Shown here: positions 8,296 to 19,829 of the stretch, in pieces
Layout: each line of letters opens with the position of its first letter
How positions within the stretch are numbered: the first letter of the stretch is position 1
DNA from: an uncultured Aquificales bacterium
GTDB taxonomy: Bacteria > Thermosulfidibacterota > Thermosulfidibacteria > Thermosulfidibacterales > Thermosulfidibacteraceae
Direction: 5' to 3'
Assembly (NCBI GenBank): GCA_964453345.1
Contig: CAYVOC010000015.1
Coordinates: 2,433-34,524, forward strand
DNA: 32,092 nucleotides
The notes under the pieces: model-generated
Seen by the model: the letters and a program-made list of their open reading frames with translations, nothing else
Told to the model about the DNA's origin: nothing
Database searches by the model: none
Translations under genes and position numbers: made by a program

Positions 8296-9464
8296 TGCCT
8301 TACAGAAACGGAGGGAAGACCCTCTTTACATCGGAGTCGGTGACAGAGGGGCATCCCGACAAGCTGGCGGATCAGATATCCGACGCCATACTGGACGCCA
8401 TAATGGAGAAGGATCCCTACGGAAGGGTCGCCTGCGAAACGCTCCTCACCACCGGACTGGTGATGGTGGCCGGTGAAATCACAACATCGTGCTATGTGGA
8501 CATACCCACCATTGCAAGGGAAACCATAAGGGATGTGGGATACACCAGGGCCAAGTTCGGTTTTGATTACGAAACCTGCGCGGTGATCACCTCCATACAC
8601 GAGCAGTCTCCCGACATAGCCATGGGGGTGGATCCCGGTGGGGCAGGCGACCAGGGATTGATGTTCGGCTTTGCGGTGAACGAAACCCCGGAGCTTATGC
8701 CCCTTCCCATCATGCTTGCCCACAAGCTCTGCATGAGGCTTGCCGAGGTTAGAAAGAAGGACATTCTGGACTACCTCAGGCCCGACGGCAAAAGCCAGGT
8801 GACCATTGAGTATGAGAATGGGAAGCCCGTTAGAATCCACTCGATCGTGCTCTCCGCCCAGCACGCACCGGATATAACCCTTAGGAAGCTGAGAGAGGAT
8901 CTGATCGAGTATGTGATAAAGCCCGTCATACCTCCGGAGTATCTGGACGAAGAGTATGTGAAATACTACATCAACCCCACCGGCCGCTTCGTGCTGGGAG
9001 GTCCCATGGCGGATACGGGGCTTACCGGCAGAAAGATCATCGTTGACACCTACGGAGGCGTGGCGAGGCACGGCGGTGGATGCTTCTCCGGTAAGGATCC
9101 CACCAAGGTGGACAGATCCGCCTCCTACATGGCCAGGTATGTGGCCAAGAACATTGTGGCCTCAGGCATAGCCGATATATGCGAGATACAGCTCGCCTAC
9201 GCCATAGGCGTGCCCGAACCCGTTGCCGTTTATGTTGACACCATGGGAACCGGTAAGATCCCCGACCACAAGATAGCGGAGCTTGTTCAGAAGGTCTTTG
9301 ATCTTACCCCCAAGGGGATGATAGAGACCCTTCAGCTGAGAAGGCCCATATACAAAAAGACTGCCGTTTACGGGCACTTTGGAAGGGAGCTTCCGGAGTT
9401 CACCTGGGAGAAGACCGACATGGCCGAGGAGATAAGGAGAGAGGCCGAACTCATAGGAGGGTGA
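8295..9464 (+). CDS. metK: S-adenosylmethionine synthetase
   Basis: [19 protein letters not shown] and [31 protein letters not shown] overlap (alternative GTG at 8292). Confidence 0.99.
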   Translation: MPYRNGGKTLFTSESVTEGHPDKLADQISDAILDAIMEKDPYGRVACETLLTTGLVMVAGEITTSCYVDIPTIARETIRDVGYTRAKFGFDYETCAVITSIHEQSPDIAMGVDPGGAGDQGLMFGFAVNETPELMPLPIMLAHKLCMRLAEVRKKDILDYLRPDGKSQVTIEYENGKPVRIHSIVLSAQHAPDITLRKLREDLIEYVIKPVIPPEYLDEEYVKYYINPTGRFVLGGPMADTGLTGRKIIVDTYGGVARHGGGCFSGKDPTKVDRSASYMARYVAKNIVASGIADICEIQLAYAIGVPEPVAVYVDTMGTGKIPDHKIAELVQKVFDLTPKGMIETLQLRRPIYKKTAVYGHFGRELPEFTWEKTDMAEEIRREAELIGG

Positions 9465-9465
9465 T

Positions 9466-9939
9466 GTGGCAAGGGTGGCGGTGATAATGGGAAGCGCCAA
9501 GGACGGCAAGTGGGGCGAAGAGGCCTGCAGGATCCTTGAATCCTTCGGTGTCGATTACGAATTGAAGGTGCTTTCCGCCCACAGAACCCCGGAGGCGCTC
9601 AGATCCTACGTTGAGGAGTTTGAAAAGGGCGGCGGGAAGGTGATAGTTGCCCTTGCCGGATTCGCCGCGCACCTTGCGGGTGTCATAGCGGCATACACCA
9701 CCCTGCCGGTCATAGGGGTTCCTCTGGCCACAAGCCCCTTAGGTGGGCAGGACGCGCTTCTTGCCATGGTCCAGATGCCCAAGGGGGTTCCCGTTGCGAC
9801 GGTGGCGGTAAACGGCGCCGCCAACGGGGCGCTGCTTGCGGTGGAGATTCTGGCCCTGAGCGATGGAAGCCTGAAGGCAAGGTTAGAAGAATACAGAAAG
9901 AAAATGAAAGAGGAGGTCCTTGCGGCTAATAAGCGTTGA
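9466..9939 (+). CDS. purE: N5-carboxyaminoimidazole ribonucleotide mutase
   Basis: [22 protein letters not shown] and [15 protein letters not shown] start with RBS AGGAGG. Confidence 0.96.
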   Translation: MARVAVIMGSAKDGKWGEEACRILESFGVDYELKVLSAHRTPEALRSYVEEFEKGGGKVIVALAGFAAHLAGVIAAYTTLPVIGVPLATSPLGGQDALLAMVQMPKGVPVATVAVNGAANGALLAVEILALSDGSLKARLEEYRKKMKEEVLAANKR

Positions 9940-10543
9940 GGATCCGGAGGCCATAGAGGCGTCGGCAGAGGTTCTTTCCTCCGGTGGGGTGGTGGTCTTC
10001 CCCACCGACACCCTCTACGGGTTGCTTGCACCCGCAAATGAAGAGGGTGTAAAAAGGGTCTTCGCCGTAAAGGGGAGGGGGCAGGACAAGCCCTCCCCCC
10101 TCTTTGTTCCCGATATAAGAAGCGCGGAAAAACTCGCCCACTTTGACGAGAGGGCAAGGACGCTGTGGGAAAGGTTCATGCCCGGTCCCTTGACCTTAGT
10201 TCTCAGGGCAAAAATTGCCCCCGTAAGGGGAATAGTTTCCGATAGGGGGACCGTGGGCCTGAGAATCCCCAATTACCCTCCTCTGATGAAGCTTTTGAAG
10301 AGGCTTGGGTTTCCCGTAACCGGGACAAGTGCAAATGTGAGCGGTGAACCTCCCGCCAGAAGCTTCGAGGAGCTATCGGGTAGAATTCTTGAAAGGGTGG
10401 ATCTTGTGGTTTACGATCCCAAACCGCTTGCAGGGCTTCCCTCAACGGTGGTCGATCTCTCGGAGGGAAGCATCCGCATCCTGAGGGAAGGAGCCATCTC
10501 AAAGAGGGAGATTGAGGATGCCTTACGAGGACTTGACCTGTAA
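9920..10543 (+). CDS. tsaC: L-threonylcarbamoyladenylate synthase (YrdC-domain-only TsaC/Sua5)
   Basis: [12 protein letters not shown]...[23 protein letters not shown] and ILREGAI; TTG start with GAGGAGG. Confidence 0.95.
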   Translation: MRLISVEDPEAIEASAEVLSSGGVVVFPTDTLYGLLAPANEEGVKRVFAVKGRGQDKPSPLFVPDIRSAEKLAHFDERARTLWERFMPGPLTLVLRAKIAPVRGIVSDRGTVGLRIPNYPPLMKLLKRLGFPVTGTSANVSGEPPARSFEELSGRILERVDLVVYDPKPLAGLPSTVVDLSEGSIRILREGAISKREIEDALRGLDL

Positions 10544-11822
10544 ATCGAAGATGCTTTTTGAAAGGGCATGCCGGGTTATTCCGGGAGGAGTCTGCCACAA
10601 TCTCAGATACTTTCCGCCCTATCCCTTCTTTGTGAGCAGGGCGGAAGGCTCCCGGATATGGGACGAGGACGGAAACGCATACATAGACTACTGGATGGGG
10701 CACTACGCCCACATTCTCGGCCACCGTCATCCGGAGGTCGTGAAGGCTGTAAGCAGGTGCATAGGAGAGGAGTTTTACCATCCCGGCCTTGTGAACAGAT
10801 ACGAGGTGGAGCTTGCAGAGCTTGTGGTGGAGCTTGTCCCCTCGGCCCAGAAGGTCAAGTTCTGCTCTTCGGGAACCGAAGCGGCCATGTATGCGGTGAG
10901 GCTCGCCAGGGCCTACACGAACAGGAAGATTGTTCTGAAGATCAGGGGCGGATGGCACGGGGCAAGCACCGATCTATCCTGCGGCATATCACACCCCTTT
11001 GAGGTTTCTGAAACCGATGGTCTGCCTTCCGGGGTTGAAGAAAACTGCATCCCCATCCCCTTCAACGACTGGGATGCTGCCAAAAGTGTAATAGAGAAAT
11101 ATGCGGAGGACATAGCCTGCGCCATAGTGGAGCCTGTGGTGGGGGTGGGCGGGTTCATCCCGGCCCGCAAAGATTACCTCGAAAACCTGAAAAAGCGCCT
11201 GCACGAGATAGGGGCAATCCTCATCTTCGATGAGGTGATAACCGGCTTCAGGATAGGCCCCGGAGGATACCAGGAGAGATGCGGGGTTATCCCCGATCTC
11301 ACCGTGCTCGGGAAGGTTCTGGGAGGCGGCTTTCCCGTGGGTGCGGTGGCGGGAAGATCGGATATAATGGAGCTGTCAAGCCACAGCAGGAAAAAGCCCG
11401 ACAGGGTCCTTATGGGAGGCGGCACCTTCTCCTGCAACCCCGTGTCAATGGTGGCCGGCATCACCGTCTTGAGGATACTGAAGGAAAATCCCGGTATATA
11501 CCGGGAGCTTGAGGAGAAGGCCCAGAAACTGAGAAGGTGGATAGAGGAGGCGGCAAAAGGAAGGCTTTTCGTGAAGACCACGGGGGCCGGATCGCTCTTC
11601 ATGGTCCACATTATGAAGGAAGAAAAGCAGATAGAATCTCCCGATGATCTTTTCAGATACACCCACTGGGAACTGAGGGACACCATCATAAGGAGGAGGC
11701 TTGCCGAGCTTGGCGTGCACATGATTCACGCCGGAGGCAGCCTGTCCACCGCCCACGGGGAGGAGGACATGGTGAGAACCGCCGAGGCCTTTGAAAAACT
11801 CTTTTCGGAGCTGAAATTATGA
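10518..11822 (+). CDS. PLP-dependent class III aminotransferase, HemL/GSA-aminomutase-like but divergent
   Basis: SGTEA, EPVVG, FDEVITGFR, GKVLGGGFPVGA (PLP lysine) and GGTFSCNP. Lacks the canonical HemL GGVNSPVR and KAGSG loop. ATG 10518 chosen. Confidence 0.85.
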   Translation: MPYEDLTCKSKMLFERACRVIPGGVCHNLRYFPPYPFFVSRAEGSRIWDEDGNAYIDYWMGHYAHILGHRHPEVVKAVSRCIGEEFYHPGLVNRYEVELAELVVELVPSAQKVKFCSSGTEAAMYAVRLARAYTNRKIVLKIRGGWHGASTDLSCGISHPFEVSETDGLPSGVEENCIPIPFNDWDAAKSVIEKYAEDIACAIVEPVVGVGGFIPARKDYLENLKKRLHEIGAILIFDEVITGFRIGPGGYQERCGVIPDLTVLGKVLGGGFPVGAVAGRSDIMELSSHSRKKPDRVLMGGGTFSCNPVSMVAGITVLRILKENPGIYRELEEKAQKLRRWIEEAAKGRLFVKTTGAGSLFMVHIMKEEKQIESPDDLFRYTHWELRDTIIRRRLAELGVHMIHAGGSLSTAHGEEDMVRTAEAFEKLFSELKL

Positions 11823-12763
11823 GGGTGCTTGTGACGGGGGCATCGGGGTTTCTCGGGTCCCACATATGCGAAGCCCTCGCGGGCGCGGGATTCGAGGTCT
11901 GGGGAGCATCCAGGGGAAAGGGATACCTGTGCGAGATAGAGGGGGTTAACTGGAAGTATCTTGACATATCCAGCGTTGATTCCGTTTTTTCCTTCGATTT
12001 TTCGCCCTTCGATGTGGTGGTTCACAACGCCGGACTCACCTTTTCCAGAAGGGAGGCGAACTACTTCAAAATCAATCATCTGGGAACAAGACTACTTGTT
12101 GAGAGGCTGAAGCAGCAGGACTTCACCGGCAGGCTGATTCACATCAGCTCCCTTGCCGTGTGCGGTCCGGGCATCAAGGGGGAGGACGATCCCGTGATCT
12201 GCCCCATCACCCCCTACGGGGTGAGCAAATACATGGGCGAGCTTGAGGTGAGGGCATCCAACCTCAACTGGGTGGTTCTGAGACCACCGGTGATATTCGG
12301 GGAGAGGGACAGGGCGCTCATAGGAGTCTATAGGATCTTTTCAAAGGGGCTTGTTTTTGCATGGAACCCTCCGAAGAGGATCAGCATCGTTTATGCCGGG
12401 AATGTGGCGGCGGCCGTGAGGTTTGCAATGGAAAGGGACTTGACGGGGCAGGTCCTCTTCGTGAAGGACGCCGACATCCGGTGGGAGGAGTTTGCCCTTA
12501 AGGTGCAGGAGATTCTCGGGGTCAAAAGAAGGCTGACCGTTCCCTTGAGGAACTGGATGCTTGAGCCTGCAAAGGTTGCGGCGCATCTTTTAGGTAATCT
12601 TCTCAAGCTTCCCTTGGACAGGCACAAGATCGAGGAGATAAGGGCTAAGGAGTGGATCGCCGCTTCCAACAGGATCCTTGAGCTTGGCTTTGAGGCGCCC
12701 TTCACCTTTGAGGAGGGGCTTGAGCGAACCCTGAAGTGGTGTATGATAAGGGGGTATATTTGA
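11819..12763 (+). CDS. NAD-dependent epimerase/dehydratase family protein (extended SDR)
   Basis: VLVTGASGFLG, HNAG, SSLA, YGVSK (YxxxK) and LRPPVIFG; ATGA overlap with the aminotransferase. Confidence 0.9.
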   Translation: MRVLVTGASGFLGSHICEALAGAGFEVWGASRGKGYLCEIEGVNWKYLDISSVDSVFSFDFSPFDVVVHNAGLTFSRREANYFKINHLGTRLLVERLKQQDFTGRLIHISSLAVCGPGIKGEDDPVICPITPYGVSKYMGELEVRASNLNWVVLRPPVIFGERDRALIGVYRIFSKGLVFAWNPPKRISIVYAGNVAAAVRFAMERDLTGQVLFVKDADIRWEEFALKVQEILGVKRRLTVPLRNWMLEPAKVAAHLLGNLLKLPLDRHKIEEIRAKEWIAASNRILELGFEAPFTFEEGLERTLKWCMIRGYI

Positions 12764-12775
12764 GGAGGTGATTCC

Positions 12776-14149
12776 ATGACAACCGCCGTCATCCTTGCTG
12801 CGGGCAGGGGAACGAGAATGAACTCTTCTCTCCCCAAGGTCCTTCACACTTTGATCGATCGCCCCCTGATAGACTACGTCCTGGAGTGCCTTGAAGGTGT
12901 ATGCGAGCAAAGGATCGTTGTGGTGGGATACAGGGCCGATCTCGTCAAAAAGCATGTGGCCTCAAGATACGATGCGGAGTTCGTTTTGCAGGAAGAGCAG
13001 CTGGGGACGGGCCATGCGGTGAAGGAGGCCCTGAGGAGCGTGAGGGGAGAGAGGATCGTGGTCGTTCCCGGGGATATGCCCTTCATAAGGGCGGAGAGCG
13101 TAAAGAGGGTGTGCCGTGCCCTCGGGGAGTGGGACGCGGCGGTGCTGGGCTGCAGGCTCGAGGATCCCACAGGCTACGGCAGGATCGTGGTGGAAAACGA
13201 AAGGATCCTCAGAATCGTTGAGGAGGCTGACGCCACCGACGAGGAAAGGCGAATAAAGCTTGTGAACACGGGGGTTATGGGCTTCAGAAGGCAGGCTCTT
13301 GAGAGAATCATCGGTCTTATAAAGAACGATAACGCCAAGGGGGAGTATTACATAACCGATGCCATACAGATCATGGTGGAGGCAGGGTATAGGGTCGCCC
13401 TTGTTGAGGCAGATCCCATAGAGGGGACGGGCATAAACGACAGGTTCCAGCTTGCTGAGGCCACAAGGCTGATGAGCAGGCTCAATGCGGAGAGGATCAT
13501 GGGCGAGGGTGTGACCGTAATGGCGCCCGAAACCCTTTACATAGGCAGGGACGTTGAGGTGGGAAGGGACACCATCATATACCCCTACGTTTTCCTGCTC
13601 GGCAGAACCAAGATAGGGGAGGGCTGCAGGATAGGACCCTTCACCACCATCGCCGACAGCCGCATCGGCAACAATGTTGTGGTAAACAGCCACTCCGTCA
13701 TAGAGGGAGCCGTCGCCGAAGACGGGGTCTCCATAGGCCCCTTTGCGAGGCTGAGGGAAGGGACCCTTCTGAAGAGCGGATCGAGGATCGGCAACTTCGT
13801 GGAGGTCAAAAAGTCCACCATAGGGGAGAACAGCAAGGCGAATCACTTAGCCTACATAGGCGATGCCACAGTGGGGAGGGATGTAAACATAGGGGCGGGA
13901 ACCATCACCTGCAACTACGACGGTGTAAAGAAACACCCCACGGTCATAGAGGACGGGGTGTTCATAGGCAGCGACACCCAGCTTGTGGCACCCGTCAAAA
14001 TAGGCGCAGGATCTCTTATAGGCGCAGGCTCCACCATAACCAAGGACGTGCCGCCGGACTCCCTCGCCATAACCAGGGCGCCCATGAGGGTGTTTGAGGG
14101 GAAGGGCATGAAATACTTTATCAAAAGGAAATACGGAGCCAAGGAGTAG
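12776..14149 (+). CDS. glmU: Bifunctional UDP-GlcNAc pyrophosphorylase / glucosamine-1-phosphate acetyltransferase
   Basis: ILAAGRGTRM...PKVLH, QLGTGHAV, GYGRI, EYYITD, hexapeptide repeats, GNFVEVK and CNYDG. Confidence 0.99.
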   Translation: MTTAVILAAGRGTRMNSSLPKVLHTLIDRPLIDYVLECLEGVCEQRIVVVGYRADLVKKHVASRYDAEFVLQEEQLGTGHAVKEALRSVRGERIVVVPGDMPFIRAESVKRVCRALGEWDAAVLGCRLEDPTGYGRIVVENERILRIVEEADATDEERRIKLVNTGVMGFRRQALERIIGLIKNDNAKGEYYITDAIQIMVEAGYRVALVEADPIEGTGINDRFQLAEATRLMSRLNAERIMGEGVTVMAPETLYIGRDVEVGRDTIIYPYVFLLGRTKIGEGCRIGPFTTIADSRIGNNVVVNSHSVIEGAVAEDGVSIGPFARLREGTLLKSGSRIGNFVEVKKSTIGENSKANHLAYIGDATVGRDVNIGAGTITCNYDGVKKHPTVIEDGVFIGSDTQLVAPVKIGAGSLIGAGSTITKDVPPDSLAITRAPMRVFEGKGMKYFIKRKYGAKE

Positions 14150-14153
14150 CGCT

Positions 14154-15974
14154 GTGTGCGGAATTGTGGGGTATCTGGGAAGAAGAAGGGCGGTTGATGT
14201 CATCATAGACGCCCTTAAGCGGCTCGAATACAGGGGGTATGATTCCGCCGGCATAGCCATACACGACGGGAAAAGGATAAGGATCGTCAAAAAACAGGGG
14301 AAGATCTCGGCCCTTGAGGAGGAGCTGAGGGGAAGGGATCTGGAGGGGAACACCGGCATAGGCCACACCCGTTGGGCCACCCACGGGCGTCCCAACGACA
14401 TAAACGCCCATCCCCACAGAAGCGGTCCCATAGTGCTCGTCCACAACGGAATAATCGAGAACTATCTGGAGCTGAAGGAAAGGCTGTCCAAGGACAACGG
14501 AAGCCGCTTTGTTTCCGACACCGACACCGAGGTTGTTGCGGCCCTCATACACTCAAAATACAGGGGCGATCTTCTCGAGGCAGTCCTTGAAGCCACAGAG
14601 GAGCTGTCCGGATCCTATGCCATCGTGGTTATGAGCGAGTCCGAACCCGGCAGGATAATAGCCTACAGAAAGGACAGCCCGCTGATATTGGGAGTAGGGG
14701 AGGGTGAGTTCCTGATAGCCTCCGATATCCCGGCGATACTCCCATACACCAACAAAATAATAGTTCTGGAGGATTACGAGGCCCTTGAGATAACAGAGGA
14801 CGGATACAGGATACTCAAAGGCGGTAGGCCCGTGTTGAAGGAACCCAAAAGGGTGAGCTGGTCCCCCGCCCTTGCGGAAAAGGCCGGATACAAGCACTTC
14901 ATGCAGAAGGAGATATTCGAACAGCCCAGGGCCATCAGCGACACCATATCGTCGCTTATCTCCATAGACTCCATGGACTTCGGACTCTTTGAGAATGGTT
15001 TTTCACAAGTTTTAAAGAGGGCAAAGAGGATACGCCTTGTGGCGTGCGGCACCTCCTATCATGCCTGCCTGACATCGAGATACTGGTTTGACAGATTCTC
15101 CCGCATACCGGTGGAGGTGGACATAGCCTCAGAGTTCAGATACAGGGATCTGACCCTTTCAAGCGATGATCTCTGCATATTCGTCTCCCAGTCCGGTGAG
15201 ACCGCAGACACTCTGGCAGCCCTCAGAATGTGCAACAGGGCCGATTGTATAACGGTAGGGGTGTGCAACGTCATGGAAAGCTCCATAGCCAGGGAGGCCC
15301 GGGCGGTTGTCTATACCTTAGCGGGACCGGAGATCGGCGTTGCCTCCACCAAGGCCTTCACCACCCAGCTTGCGGTCCTCTTTCTCATGTCCATCTACTT
15401 GGGGGTTGTCAGGGGCGCTTTGTCCAGAGATGAGGCAAGATCCCTGTGCGAACCCCTTTTATACATACCGGGCATGGTAGAGGAGGCCTTGAAGCTTGAC
15501 GAGCCGCTGAGGGAGCTTTCCCGTGGCTACATGAAGAGGGAGCACTTCCTGTATCTGGGAAGATACCTGAACTACCCCATCGCCCTGGAGGGCGCCCTCA
15601 AGCTAAAGGAGATATCCTACATACACGCAGAGGGCTACGCTGCAGGGGAGATGAAGCACGGTCCCATCGCACTGATAGACGAGAACATGCCGGTGGTGGT
15701 CCTCGCTCCCCAGGATAAGGTGTATGAGAAGGTAAGGGCAAACATAGAGGAGGTGAAGGCAAGATCCGGAACGGTTATAGCCTTCACCGACAGGGGGAAC
15801 AGCGATCTGGATGATAAATGCGATCACGTGTTTTACCTGCCCAAGGCCGTTGAGTATCTGACCCCCTTCGTCTATGTTATACCCCTGCAGCTTCTGGCGT
15901 ATCACATAGCCTCTCTCAAGGGGTGCGACGTTGATCAACCGAGGAATCTTGCAAAGGCTGTCACAGTGGAGTAG
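14154..15974 (+). CDS. glmS: Glutamine-fructose-6-phosphate transaminase
   Basis: GTG start giving MCGIVG (catalytic N-terminal Cys); [28 protein letters not shown] and [11 protein letters not shown]. Confidence 0.99.
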   Translation: MCGIVGYLGRRRAVDVIIDALKRLEYRGYDSAGIAIHDGKRIRIVKKQGKISALEEELRGRDLEGNTGIGHTRWATHGRPNDINAHPHRSGPIVLVHNGIIENYLELKERLSKDNGSRFVSDTDTEVVAALIHSKYRGDLLEAVLEATEELSGSYAIVVMSESEPGRIIAYRKDSPLILGVGEGEFLIASDIPAILPYTNKIIVLEDYEALEITEDGYRILKGGRPVLKEPKRVSWSPALAEKAGYKHFMQKEIFEQPRAISDTISSLISIDSMDFGLFENGFSQVLKRAKRIRLVACGTSYHACLTSRYWFDRFSRIPVEVDIASEFRYRDLTLSSDDLCIFVSQSGETADTLAALRMCNRADCITVGVCNVMESSIAREARAVVYTLAGPEIGVASTKAFTTQLAVLFLMSIYLGVVRGALSRDEARSLCEPLLYIPGMVEEALKLDEPLRELSRGYMKREHFLYLGRYLNYPIALEGALKLKEISYIHAEGYAAGEMKHGPIALIDENMPVVVLAPQDKVYEKVRANIEEVKARSGTVIAFTDRGNSDLDDKCDHVFYLPKAVEYLTPFVYVIPLQLLAYHIASLKGCDVDQPRNLAKAVTVE

Positions 15975-15996
15975 GGGAGGCAGCTCCCAGCCCTCC

Positions 15997-17715
15997 GTGA
16001 AGCTGTCTGAAAGGTTTTCTCTTATAGCCATAGGCGTGGTTGTGGGGGTGCTTGCCGCCTTTGGTAATGCAGCTTTCAGAACCGCCATGGATTTCTTCTT
16101 CGATCTCTTCTTCCACAAAATAGGCGGTCGCTTCGGGATAGAATACGGAAAGCCCCATCTTTTAGTTGTGCTGCTTCCGGTGCTTGGAGCCGCCCTCGCC
16201 GGGATACTGGTGACCAGATACAGGGACTACACCAAGGGGTATGGGCTTCCCAGGGTCATCCTCGCTCTGGTCAAAAGAGGCGGTCTGATAAAAAAGAGGG
16301 TGATTTTCTTCAACATACTTCTTCCCCCCATTATCATAGGCTCCGGCGGCTCTGCGGGAAGGGAGGGGCCCATCGCATCCTTGGGTGCGGCCATCGGGTC
16401 CCTTGTGGGACAGACTATAAGGGCGCACCCGTCAAGGATGAAGGTTCTTGTGGCGGCAGGTGCCGGTGCAGCCATAGCCGCCGCCTTTGACGCCCCCATA
16501 GCGGGCATGATGTTCGCCCTCGAGATCATTCTCCTTGGAAACTTCGACATAGAGCACTTTCCCCCTTTAGTAATTTCCGTTGGAACGGCGGTCGCCATAA
16601 CCGAGGCCCTATACGGAAGGGAGGTCACCTTTCACATACCCAAATTCTCCATAGTGAGTCCGTGGGTGGAGATACCCATGTATGCTCTGCTGGGCGTCTT
16701 CATCGGCATAACCGGCGTCTTCTTCATCCGGTTATACTTCTGGATAGAGGATAGATTTGAATCGCTCCACATCCCCTTCTACGCAAAGCTGCTTTTGGGA
16801 GCGCTGCTGACAGGTGTTCTGGGTGTCGGGTTCCCCCAGGTGCTTGGAAACGGATACCCCTTTGTGGAAGAGGCGCTCAAGGGCGGCTTTCCCTTCTACG
16901 TGATGGGAATACTGGGTGTGGCTAAGATGGTTGCAACCGCCTTCACCGTCGGATCGGGGAACCCCGGAGGGCTGTTTGCTCCCGGCTTCTTCATAGGGGC
17001 CATGATGGCGGGCTTCTTCGGAGGGCTAATCTCCCTCATCTTTCCCGTTCACCTTGCCCATCCCGGCGCCTACGCTTCGGTGGGAGTGGGAGCCTTTATC
17101 GCTGCAACCTACCATGCACCCCTCACCTCCATATTCCTGCTCTTTGAGATGACCAAGGACTACACCATCATCATTCCCGCCCTCTTCTCATGCATCATAT
17201 CCAGCGTGCTGGCCGAATGGCTCTTTCCATACACCCTCGACACCTACGCCCTGTATAAGATGGGGATAGAGGTTCACCATGGAAGGGAGAGGGAGATTCT
17301 CGAAGAGCTGAAGGTTAAGGATGCCATGTCCCAGGACTACGATGCCATCTGGGAGGGAATGAACTTAGCGCAGCTCAGAGACTACTTCGGCAAGCTTGCA
17401 AGACATACCGACTTTTTCGTTGTGGACAAGGAAGGAAGACTTGTGGGGGTTATACCCTTCCACGTGTTGAAGAACGCCATGTTTTCCGAGGGAGACCTGG
17501 ACTACATAGTGCTGGCCAAGGATCTTGCAGTTGAAGCGCCAACGGTCAGGGAGGATGAGAGCCTGGCGGAGGCAATAAGGAAGGTGGGCAGACGCAGGAT
17601 AGATCATCTGCCCGTGGTGGATGATGAGGGCAGGCTCGTGGGCATGCTCAGCAGAAAGTGCGTGGTGGACGCCTACAACAGGGAAGCCATGAGGAGAAGG
17701 GGAGAGCATGACTGA
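15997..17715 (+). CDS. CLC-family anion channel/transporter with C-terminal CBS pair
   Basis: [20 protein letters not shown] and GGLFAP motifs, many TM segments and two CBS domains. GTG 15997 chosen over TTG 15931, which lies inside glmS; start uncertain. Confidence 0.93.
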   Translation: MKLSERFSLIAIGVVVGVLAAFGNAAFRTAMDFFFDLFFHKIGGRFGIEYGKPHLLVVLLPVLGAALAGILVTRYRDYTKGYGLPRVILALVKRGGLIKKRVIFFNILLPPIIIGSGGSAGREGPIASLGAAIGSLVGQTIRAHPSRMKVLVAAGAGAAIAAAFDAPIAGMMFALEIILLGNFDIEHFPPLVISVGTAVAITEALYGREVTFHIPKFSIVSPWVEIPMYALLGVFIGITGVFFIRLYFWIEDRFESLHIPFYAKLLLGALLTGVLGVGFPQVLGNGYPFVEEALKGGFPFYVMGILGVAKMVATAFTVGSGNPGGLFAPGFFIGAMMAGFFGGLISLIFPVHLAHPGAYASVGVGAFIAATYHAPLTSIFLLFEMTKDYTIIIPALFSCIISSVLAEWLFPYTLDTYALYKMGIEVHHGREREILEELKVKDAMSQDYDAIWEGMNLAQLRDYFGKLARHTDFFVVDKEGRLVGVIPFHVLKNAMFSEGDLDYIVLAKDLAVEAPTVREDESLAEAIRKVGRRRIDHLPVVDDEGRLVGMLSRKCVVDAYNREAMRRRGEHD

Positions 17716-19825
17716 AGAGGAGATACTGAAGGGGCTGACACCCTCACAGAGGGAGGCGGTGACCACAACCGAGGGACCGCTTCTCATCCTTGCCGGGGCG
17801 GGATCGGGAAAAACCCGGGTCATAACCCATCGAACCGCTTACCTCATGGCGAAGGGGGTTGAGGGGCACCGGATACTGTGCCTCACCTTCACCAACAAGG
17901 CTGCGGGGGAGATGAAGGAAAGGGCCCTCAACCTCATAGGGCTGGGGAACCGGTCAGGCTGGGGGGTTCCCTTCATCTCCACCTTCCACTCCTTCTGCCT
18001 CTGGTATCTCAGAAGATTTGCAGACAGAATCGGATACAGCCCGGATTTCACCGTCCTTGACGAGACGGATCGGCTCGGCGTTATCAAGGAGGTGTTGAGG
18101 AGCCTGGATCTTGATCCCAAAAGGTTCAACCCCAGATCCTTTGTAGCCGTCATTTCGGATTTGAAAACCCAGATGATTCCCCCGGAGGCCGCAGCATCGG
18201 ACAACCCCCACGCCCAGGAGGTATACCGCCACTATCAGCGCTATCTTGAGGAAAACAACCTCATGGACTTCGACGATCTTCTCATAAAGGGGCTTGAGCT
18301 TCTGGAGAAGGATCATGATGCCAGAAGCTTTCTGCAAAACAGATTCAGCCATGTGATGGTGGACGAATACCAGGACACCAACAGGATCCAGTATCTCATC
18401 GTCAGAAGACTTGTGGAAAAGCACAGAAACATCTGCGTGGTGGGGGACGACGATCAGTCCATATACTCCTGGAGGGGAGCGGACATAAGAAACATCCTTG
18501 ATTTTGAGAAGGACTTTCCGGATGCAAGGGTGGTGAAGCTTGAGGAAAACTTCAGATCCACGGCCATAATCCTTGATGCAGCGTGGAATGTGGTAAGGAA
18601 CAACACCGCGCGGAAGGAGAAGAGGTTAAGGGCCACAAAGCCGGGGGGAGAGAGGATAAAAATCTACGAAGCCCTAAACGAAGCCGATGAAGCGAGGTTT
18701 GTGGTTGACCAGATGCTGAAGCTCAAAAGGCCCTGGTCGCACTTCGCTGTCTTCTACAGGGTGAACGCCCAGTCCAGGCCCTTTGAGGAGGAACTGACCA
18801 GAAGGGGCATCCCCTACGTTGTGGTGGGCGGCATAAGGTTCTACGAGAGAAAGGAAGTGAAGGATATACTTGCCTACCTCAGGTTTATAAGAAACCCCAA
18901 CGATGCCGTATCCTTCAAAAGGATAGTCAATGTTCCTCCGAGGGGCATAGGTCCTGCAACCGTGGAAAAGGTTCTGAGGTTCTGCGAGCACAGCGGGCTG
19001 TCCCTGTGGGAGGGACTCAATAGAATAGTAGAATCAAGCGTCATAGGGCCATCACCCAAGAAACGTATAAGGGCCTTCGTAAAGCTCATTGAAGAGCTGC
19101 AGAACGTCTCCCACATACTGAGCCTCTCTGAGCTTGTTGAAGCCGTTATAGAGAAGACGGGCTACCGGGAGATGCTCCTTCAGGAGGGAACCAGAGAAGC
19201 GGAGGGGAGGCTGGAGAATCTGAACGAGCTTGTCAATGTGGCGAGCGACTACGACGACGCCGAGGACGCCCTTACTCTGTTTCTCGACAGAACCGCTTTG
19301 AACTCGCCGGTTGACGAGGCCCCCGATGGGGAACACGTGACCCTGATGACTCTGCATTCGGCCAAGGGGCTGGAGTTTCCTGTGGTCTTCATGGTGGGCA
19401 TGGAGGAGGGGCTGTTGCCCCACCAGAGATCACAGGAAAACGGTTTCTTCTTAGAGGAGGAGAGGCGCCTGTGCTATGTGGGCATGACGAGGGCCAAGGA
19501 GCTGCTCTACATGAGCTGGGCAAAAACAAGGCGCTTCTACGGAAAGCCCCGTGAGAACAGGCCCTCACGCTTTCTCGACGAGATACCGGAGGAACTGAAG
19601 GAGGTTCTTAACGGCATCCCCGCTGCCAGGAACAGATCCCCGGTGGGTATCGACAAAAGGGAGGAAACAGAGGGAGGACTCAAAAGGGGAGACACCGTAT
19701 TTCACGAGCACTTCGGCAGGGGCTTTGTCCTTGCCGTTAACGGCTTGAAGGTGAAGGTCAGGTTCTATAAACATGGGGTAAAGCTGCTCAGCTTGGAGCA
19801 CACAAAACTCAAGAAGGTGGGGTGA
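17708..19825 (+). CDS. pcrA: ATP-dependent DNA helicase PcrA/UvrD
   Basis: [45 protein letters not shown] and [14 protein letters not shown]-terminal Tudor-like domain. Confidence 0.97.
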   Translation: MTEEEILKGLTPSQREAVTTTEGPLLILAGAGSGKTRVITHRTAYLMAKGVEGHRILCLTFTNKAAGEMKERALNLIGLGNRSGWGVPFISTFHSFCLWYLRRFADRIGYSPDFTVLDETDRLGVIKEVLRSLDLDPKRFNPRSFVAVISDLKTQMIPPEAAASDNPHAQEVYRHYQRYLEENNLMDFDDLLIKGLELLEKDHDARSFLQNRFSHVMVDEYQDTNRIQYLIVRRLVEKHRNICVVGDDDQSIYSWRGADIRNILDFEKDFPDARVVKLEENFRSTAIILDAAWNVVRNNTARKEKRLRATKPGGERIKIYEALNEADEARFVVDQMLKLKRPWSHFAVFYRVNAQSRPFEEELTRRGIPYVVVGGIRFYERKEVKDILAYLRFIRNPNDAVSFKRIVNVPPRGIGPATVEKVLRFCEHSGLSLWEGLNRIVESSVIGPSPKKRIRAFVKLIEELQNVSHILSLSELVEAVIEKTGYREMLLQEGTREAEGRLENLNELVNVASDYDDAEDALTLFLDRTALNSPVDEAPDGEHVTLMTLHSAKGLEFPVVFMVGMEEGLLPHQRSQENGFFLEEERRLCYVGMTRAKELLYMSWAKTRRFYGKPRENRPSRFLDEIPEELKEVLNGIPAARNRSPVGIDKREETEGGLKRGDTVFHEHFGRGFVLAVNGLKVKVRFYKHGVKLLSLEHTKLKKVG

Positions 19826-19829
19826 AGAG

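Noticed and set aside
10518..11822. Assigning the symbol hemL
   Set aside because: Diagnostic GSA-aminomutase motifs are altered and no heme genes are nearby; left unnamed.
14150..14153. glmS ribozyme
   Set aside because: Only 4 nt separate glmU and glmS.
15997..17715. Fluoride exporter (CLC-F) with a fluoride riboswitch
   Set aside because: It has GREGP and GYGLP rather than the CLC-F GREGT and GNNLI/GMGLI signatures, and the spacer is too short for the riboswitch.
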